A stretch of DNA of 64,000 bases, from assembly GCA_039028615.1 (NCBI GenBank), contig JBCCHT010000001.1, positions 320,001-384,000 on the forward strand, read 5' to 3'. Position 1 is the first letter of the stretch. Every line of letters starts with the position of its first letter. Position numbers and translations under genes: made by a program. The notes beneath the pieces were generated by a model. That model did no database searches. It was not told the origin of the DNA and saw nothing but the letters and a program-made list of their open reading frames with translations. Below, piece by piece: positions 58,462 to 64,000 of the stretch. Origin of the DNA: Myxococcota bacterium. GTDB lineage: Bacteria; Myxococcota_A; Polyangia; Nannocystales; Nannocystaceae.

Positions 58462-59490
58462 ATGCAGATGCGAGCGTTGAACCTAGTATCGGTTGGTCTG
58501 CTCGTGGTTGGCTGCACCCGAGCCAACCCCCTGTATGACATGGGCATCGACACGGCGGGCGACGGCTCGTCCGACACGGGCACGCCGGATATGGACTCCT
58601 CCGGTGTCGCGTCCGAAGACTCGTCGACCTCCATCGACCCCGATCCCTCCGCATCCTCGGGATTCCCGGACGACGGCGGCGATGGCGATGACGATGACGG
58701 AGGTGTCGAGCCCCTCGATGCGGGGACGGGCGCCCCTGCGGCGGGGCCCTGCGACCGCCTGGAGCTGCTATTCGTGGTCGATACCCACGGCTCGTCGGGC
58801 GCAGGACGCATGATGCTCAACCAGACCCTCGGCACGCTCGAGAACGTATTCTTGCGCAACCCGGCCCAGCCCTGGCACGACGACTTCCGCGTGGGCGTGG
58901 TGCGGGCCAGCGACCTCGCCTCCGAGGGACCGTGCGCGAACTTTGGCCTCCACACCATGGAGGTCCGCGACGGTGAGCCCTGCGGCAGCGCCGTGAGTCC
59001 GTGGGTCAGCCAGGCCGACGGAGACATAGCCAGTACCCTGTCGTGCCTGGTCACCACCGCCGATGCGCCAGCGTCCTCAGCCCCGCCTCCCGTCGCGCTC
59101 TCGGCTGCACGCGGGCTCGGGCTCGAGGTCCCCAGCGACCGCCTGAGCTCCGACCAGCTGGCGGTCTGCAACGATGGCTTCGTCCGCGAGTCGAGCCTCA
59201 AGGTGGTGGTCATCCTGAGCGCTCGCGACGAGGCGGCAGGCGACACCGGCTCCCCGGGCACCCCCGAGCAGTGGGCCGAGTGGTTCAATGACCTCCAAGT
59301 GCCGGCCGATGGCAGCCGCGTCGTGCTCGTGCCCATCGTGCCGCTCGGCGAGGGCCTCAACTGTGTGCAGAGCACGATCGTCCTCGACTGGGCGGAGCGC
59401 CTCAGTCACGACGTGCCGATCGATCTCTGTTCCCTCGATGAAGGCTGGGTCGAGCAGCTCAGCGCGGGCGTCGAAGCGGCCTGCGAGTGA
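58462..59490 (+). CDS. Lipoprotein with vWA-like domain
   Basis: Lipobox VVGC; LELLFVVDTHGS, FRVGVV and GFVRESSLKVVVILS. Confidence 0.7.
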   Translation: MQMRALNLVSVGLLVVGCTRANPLYDMGIDTAGDGSSDTGTPDMDSSGVASEDSSTSIDPDPSASSGFPDDGGDGDDDDGGVEPLDAGTGAPAAGPCDRLELLFVVDTHGSSGAGRMMLNQTLGTLENVFLRNPAQPWHDDFRVGVVRASDLASEGPCANFGLHTMEVRDGEPCGSAVSPWVSQADGDIASTLSCLVTTADAPASSAPPPVALSAARGLGLEVPSDRLSSDQLAVCNDGFVRESSLKVVVILSARDEAAGDTGSPGTPEQWAEWFNDLQVPADGSRVVLVPIVPLGEGLNCVQSTIVLDWAERLSHDVPIDLCSLDEGWVEQLSAGVEAACE

Positions 59491-61057
59491 CGCCGAGGAC
59501 CAGCAACATCAGCCCCCACGCCGCAGCCCCGGGCGATCCGCTCGCCCGACACTCGCAGATTCCGCCGCTGTTGCCGTCGTCCTGTGCGGGCTCGGTGGTC
59601 GTAGCGTCGGTGGTGCCGCCAGTCCCCTGGCCCTCGTCGACGCCATCGAGCGAGGTATCGAAGCCGTCGGCATGGGTCCCGCCGTCGTCGGGGGGCGTGC
59701 CCGTCTCGTCGGACCCCGTGTCCTCGCCGCCCGTCTCCCCGCCGCCGTCGTCTTTGGGGAACTCCTTGAACTCCGCCGCGATCGACCACCCCGGGTTGCC
59801 CGCGGGATCGAAGCCGTAGGCCCCAGCATCGACCATCGCGCCTCGGGACAGCGTGTTGAAGTCGTCATCCACGACGTGGGCCGGGTCGCCGGCATCCACC
59901 AGGCTGCCTCCCGCCGCCGGAAACACGTCGATCGGAGGCGCACCGCCGAAGTGACCGTCGATGAAGTCGGCGACCAGGTCTCCGTCGACGTAGCCGCTGC
60001 CGTCACCACCCGCTAGCCCACCCTGCCCCACGTTGCCGGCCAGCGTCAGCTCGCTGGCGTCGCCGCCTCGGATGAAGATGGCGCTGCCCGTCTCGGCATA
60101 GACCGCATTGTTGGCGATGGTCACCGGACCCACCTGGTCGCGCAGCGAGATGCCGTCGTTGGTCGCCTGCACGATGGTGTTGTGCACCACCACCAGCCCA
60201 TCGGGCGCCCCGCTCTGATGGGACTGCATCGCGATGCCGTTTTGGTTCGCCGACAGGATGATGTTGTTGCGAATCACCGCGTCCGCCGACGACTGGATCC
60301 CGTGATCGCCACAGTTCCACATCACGTTGCGCTCGACGACGTTGGCGGGGCCGTTGCCCACCGCGCTATAGGTCAGGATGCACGGGTAGTTGGTGTCGTG
60401 AATGACGTTGTCGGCGATGACGTTGCCGTAGCTGCCCTCCTTGAGCTCGATGCCATCGCCCTGCGTGATGGTGGCGGGGTTGTTGGTGTGGTGCACGTAG
60501 TTGCGCTCGATGACGCTATTGGCCACCTGGCAGCCGTTGTCGTTGCACCCGAGGTACATGCCCTCGCCCGTATTGTTCGTGTCGTGGATGTGGTTGCCCA
60601 CGATGTGCAGCGCCTCGTAGAGCACCCCGCCGTCGTTGGCCCGTAGCGCGACGTCGTTGGTGTCGTGGATCTCGCAGTCGGCGATGGTGAGATGATCGGC
60701 CGCCGCGATGCGCACCCCGGCCGAGCCCCCGGAAAACTCGATGCCTCGCACCTCCACCCAGGAGGCACCATCGATGTCCATGATGTTCTCCGACGCGTTG
60801 GGCCGATGCAGGTGCGGCACCGCCCCGTCGGCGGCCCGAATGATGATGGGCTCGGCCTCGGTCCCCGCAATATCGAAGCTGAAGCGCTCCTTCAGCACGT
60901 ACATGCCGTCGGCCAGCACGATCTCGTCCCCCGGCTGCGCCCCATTGATGACCGACTCGACGTCGTCCGCCGGGCCCACCTCGATCACCTCGGCCGCGGC
61001 GGAGCGCGACAGCCCCACCGCCAGTATCCCCACAAAAAACCCAAGCGTCCGCACCAT
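59459..61057 (-). CDS. Right-handed beta-helix protein with MYXO-CTERM-like tail
   Basis: AQPGDEIVLADG; IHDT/NNII beta-helix repeats; GICECR...AWGLMLLVLGVTRR. Confidence 0.85.
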   Translation of the reverse strand: MVRTLGFFVGILAVGLSRSAAAEVIEVGPADDVESVINGAQPGDEIVLADGMYVLKERFSFDIAGTEAEPIIIRAADGAVPHLHRPNASENIMDIDGASWVEVRGIEFSGGSAGVRIAAADHLTIADCEIHDTNDVALRANDGGVLYEALHIVGNHIHDTNNTGEGMYLGCNDNGCQVANSVIERNYVHHTNNPATITQGDGIELKEGSYGNVIADNVIHDTNYPCILTYSAVGNGPANVVERNVMWNCGDHGIQSSADAVIRNNIILSANQNGIAMQSHQSGAPDGLVVVHNTIVQATNDGISLRDQVGPVTIANNAVYAETGSAIFIRGGDASELTLAGNVGQGGLAGGDGSGYVDGDLVADFIDGHFGGAPPIDVFPAAGGSLVDAGDPAHVVDDDFNTLSRGAMVDAGAYGFDPAGNPGWSIAAEFKEFPKDDGGGETGGEDTGSDETGTPPDDGGTHADGFDTSLDGVDEGQGTGGTTDATTTEPAQDDGNSGGICECRASGSPGAAAWGLMLLVLGVTRRPLRRPR

Positions 61058-61092
61058 GGCCAAGACCATAGCGCTTCTGCGGGCCAGGCGGG

Positions 61093-62673
61093 CTACTTCA
61101 GCATGGCCCGCAGCGCGCCGCGATCGATCTTGCCGTTGTCGTTGAGCGGAAAACGCTCCACGACCCGAACCTCGCGCGGAACCATGTACTTGGGCAGACG
61201 CTCGGCGACGCGGTCGAGCAGCGCGTTGGCGTCGAGCTCACCGTTGTCGATGAAAGCCACCACCGCCTCCGCGCCGCCGCTGGCCGCTGGGGGCCAGCCG
61301 AGACACACGGCCTGATCCAAGCCACCTTCTTGCCGGAGCACGGCCTCGATCTCGCCCAGCTCCACCCGGTAGCCCCGCAGCTTGATCTGGGTATCGATGC
61401 GCCCCAAGAACAAAAGCGGCTCGTCACCGACCGGCCGTCGCACGAGATCACCCGTGCGATAGAACATCTCGGTCTCCCCCGGCAGCACCACGAACGCAGC
61501 CGCGGTGCGCTCGGGGTCTTGCCAGTAGCCCAGCGCGCGCTGAGGCCCGGTGAGGGTGAGCTCGCCGGACTCACCGGGCGCAACCTCGGCGAGCTGATCG
61601 TCGACCACCTTGACCCGCATGCCGGGGAACGGCCCGCCGATCGGCACGATGTCGCCCTTCGTCTGCGCGCGAGCCTCCTCGTCCCAGCGATAGGTCGTAC
61701 ACGCCAGGGTCAGCTCGGTCGGGCCGTAGAGGTTCTCGACCGTGGCCGAGGAGGCAGCCGCCCCGAACGCATCGGCGACGGGCACGGGCAGCGCCTCGCC
61801 GCAGAACAGCGCCCAACGCAGCCCCGGGAACGAGTCGGGCTCGAGGGTTCGGGTCTCCTTCATCAGCAGCGCCGTCGAGGGAACGGAGAACCACACGGTG
61901 AGCTTGGAGTCGACGACGTACTGCGCGGGCAACAAGCGCTGTCGCATGGTCGGGCAGCACAGGCACCCGCCCACCTTCCACGCCGCGAACAAGTCGAAGA
62001 CCGACAGGTCGAAGGTCACGTCGAACAGGTGCGAGAAGCGGTCCTCGGGGCCCAGCTGGTAGCGCTCGACCACCACGTCCAAGAAGCGGCAGATGTTGCG
62101 GTGCGCCACCATCACGCCCTTGGGCTGCCCCGTGCTGCCCGACGTGAACAGCAGGTACGCGATGTCGTCGGCGCTGACCTTCGGCGCCTCCCACTTCGAG
62201 GCCTCGAGCAGAGCGTCGGGGCCGAGCAGCGTGTGGCGCGGGGCTCCGGCCGCGAGCTGCTCGTCGACCTCGGCATCGAGCAACAGCACGGTCAGCGACT
62301 GCGGCACCGCCTCGAGCACCTCGGGCAAGCTCCGCATCCCCCCGCGGTCCACCACCAGCGTGCGGGCCTGCGAGCGCTCGAGCATCAGCGCAATCCGGGC
62401 GGGGGGGAATGAGGGCAGCATGGGCACGTAGCCGTGCCCGGCCAGCAGCGCCCCGAGGATCCCCGCGAAGCCCGACGCGGTGCGCTGCCCCAGCACCGCC
62501 GTCAGCGGAGGCCCCTGGTCATCATGGTGGGCGAGCACCGTCGCCGCGATCGAAGCCGCGCGCGCGTGCAGCTGCGTGTAGCTCAGCGTCTCGTTGCCGA
62601 GAACCAGCGCCGGGCGCTCGGGATGAGCGGCCACGGCATCGATGAAGACCTGGGGAAGGCTGGGCGTGCTCAT
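61093..62673 (-). CDS. Stand-alone amino-acid adenylation domain protein (DltA-like)
   Basis: YLLFTSGSTGQPKG, FDLSV, NLYGPTE, YRTGD, QIKLRGYRVELGEIE and NGKIDR. Confidence 0.93.
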   Translation of the reverse strand: MSTPSLPQVFIDAVAAHPERPALVLGNETLSYTQLHARAASIAATVLAHHDDQGPPLTAVLGQRTASGFAGILGALLAGHGYVPMLPSFPPARIALMLERSQARTLVVDRGGMRSLPEVLEAVPQSLTVLLLDAEVDEQLAAGAPRHTLLGPDALLEASKWEAPKVSADDIAYLLFTSGSTGQPKGVMVAHRNICRFLDVVVERYQLGPEDRFSHLFDVTFDLSVFDLFAAWKVGGCLCCPTMRQRLLPAQYVVDSKLTVWFSVPSTALLMKETRTLEPDSFPGLRWALFCGEALPVPVADAFGAAASSATVENLYGPTELTLACTTYRWDEEARAQTKGDIVPIGGPFPGMRVKVVDDQLAEVAPGESGELTLTGPQRALGYWQDPERTAAAFVVLPGETEMFYRTGDLVRRPVGDEPLLFLGRIDTQIKLRGYRVELGEIEAVLRQEGGLDQAVCLGWPPAASGGAEAVVAFIDNGELDANALLDRVAERLPKYMVPREVRVVERFPLNDNGKIDRGALRAMLK

Positions 62674-62687
62674 GCGATGGCGAGACG

Positions 62688-64000
62688 TTACCCGTTTGCG
62701 CGGCGGTAGGCGACGTAGGCCTCCATGAGCGCTCGGTAGAACATCTCGCCAATCACGATCTGGCCGCTGTGGGTCACGTGGCTGAGATCGCCGCTGACCA
62801 AGCGCGGGTTCTTCTTGTACCAGCGGCCCGCGGATCCCTCGCCGCCCATGGCCATGAAGGTGTCGAAGAATGCGCATCCTTCGGCCTTGGCGGCCTCTCG
62901 CTGCGCCTGGACCATCCGCGGCACCACGGGCAGGGACTCGATACGCACGCCCTTGCGCTGGCCGTGGTCGAGGGGCGACATCACCAGGCAATCCATGTCG
63001 GGACGCGCCGTTCGGACCCGTTGGATGACCTCGCGATACTCCTTGGTGTAGGTCGCCATGGTCACGTCCCGGATCATGTCGTTCCCGCCGAACATGAACA
63101 CGGCGAGCTGAGGCTGCCGCCGCTCCAGCTGAGCCTTCAGGTGCTCGGGGTCGAACTCGAGCAAGCGCCGCGTGAACGCACCGACCAGCGCCAGACCGTC
63201 CCAGACCACGCCGGGACCGTCGCGCTCGAGCGCCACCCCGAACACGCGCACCCGGCCGCCGCCCGACGCCCGCACGGTGAGTTCGTGGTACCCGTCTTCG
63301 ACCTCGATGGCGTGGAAGCGGTCTTCGAGGGTCTCGGACGCGGTGTCGATGTAGATCGGCTCCTGATCGTCGACGACCAGCTTGAGCTTGCCGCCCCGGG
63401 GCCGCGCCGCGTAGTACAGATCGAAGCGCGAGACGTGGCCGGAGCTGTGCTTTTTGTCGGGCGCGAAGGAACTCTGCGCCCCGCCCGACGAGTAGGTATT
63501 GGCCCCCGACAGCCCGTAGTGCCCGTCGCTACGGCACTTCTGGATGATGAAGCACAGACCCCAGTTGTCGTTGTGGTCGAACTCGACGCCCTTGTGGCGG
63601 TACGAGGTGTTGGGGGGCGCCATGGCGTGGAAGCCATGCCCGGCGTCGCCGAAGCGTGCTTGCAAGCGCTTGCGGATGGCCCCTGGGATCCCGTCGACGC
63701 CGATCGCCGAGTCACCCCAGTGCACCACCCGGGTGACCGCCCCTTCGAGCGAGGCATCGCTCCGAGCCAGCGACGCGAAGAAGCGATCGAGTTCCTTGCC
63801 CTCGAACAGCTCCAGCGACTGCTCGACCGTCTTTTCGTCGTCGGGGTGCGGCTCGTAGGCGGGCAGCGCATCGCCGGGCTCGACCTCCACCACCTCGCGC
63901 TCGGCGACGATGACGGGCTCGGGTCCCTCCTGGAGGGCCTCGCGGGCGATGTCGTCGACCCGCTCGACCTTCTCTTCCTTGGCGGCGACGACCGCCTGGT
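62688..64000 (-). CDS. SGNH/GDSL hydrolase-family protein (5' end outside the window)
   Basis: HWGDS, FGGND and GDLSH blocks; frame remains open to the window edge. Confidence 0.85.
   Translation of the reverse strand, partial: QAVVAAKEEKVERVDDIAREALQEGPEPVIVAEREVVEVEPGDALPAYEPHPDDEKTVEQSLELFEGKELDRFFASLARSDASLEGAVTRVVHWGDSAIGVDGIPGAIRKRLQARFGDAGHGFHAMAPPNTSYRHKGVEFDHNDNWGLCFIIQKCRSDGHYGLSGANTYSSGGAQSSFAPDKKHSSGHVSRFDLYYAARPRGGKLKLVVDDQEPIYIDTASETLEDRFHAIEVEDGYHELTVRASGGGRVRVFGVALERDGPGVVWDGLALVGAFTRRLLEFDPEHLKAQLERRQPQLAVFMFGGNDMIRDVTMATYTKEYREVIQRVRTARPDMDCLVMSPLDHGQRKGVRIESLPVVPRMVQAQREAAKAEGCAFFDTFMAMGGEGSAGRWYKKNPRLVSGDLSHVTHSGQIVIGEMFYRALMEAYVAYRRANG

Noticed and set aside
61093..62673. 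NRPS biosynthetic cluster
   Set aside because: Only a free A domain; no condensation or thioesterase domains seen.

Overview
High-GC genomic window that looks myxobacterial (Nannocystales-like). Supporting signs are TPR-containing Ser/Thr kinases paired with ECF sigma factors, a CHAT protease, a MYXO-CTERM-like sorting tail and a TIGR04552-like protein. The left ~27 kb is mostly ordinary: TonB-like gene, lexA with candidate SOS boxes, diguanylate cyclase, ftsB-like gene, GST, exbBD, tRNA-Ala(GGC) and lipoproteins. It also holds two hidden items: a 1.4-kb non-coding element (~280-bp inverted repeats around five 129/130-bp tandem units) and a probable 672-aa selenoprotein (in-frame UGA in a UxxC motif followed by a SECIS-like hairpin) that the ORF track splits in two. 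The most interesting part is 27.5-55.2 kb. It contains a seven-gene Reb (R-body) array, including a Reb-domain fusion protein and conserved structured spacers. A repeated promoter-like motif, TCACA-N15-CGTC, has 5 exact copies found by eye, all intergenic and correctly oriented. One copy lies upstream of an ECF sigma gene whose same-strand gene run ends in a gasdermin-like protein. A GH25 lysozyme, two apparently disabled enzymes, a LuxR regulator and several small Pro/Ala-rich proteins lie in the same region. I infer a single ECF-controlled R-body, pore-former and lysozyme system, interrupted by a kinase/sigma/CHAT block. All family calls come from visual motif recognition; no database searches were run.
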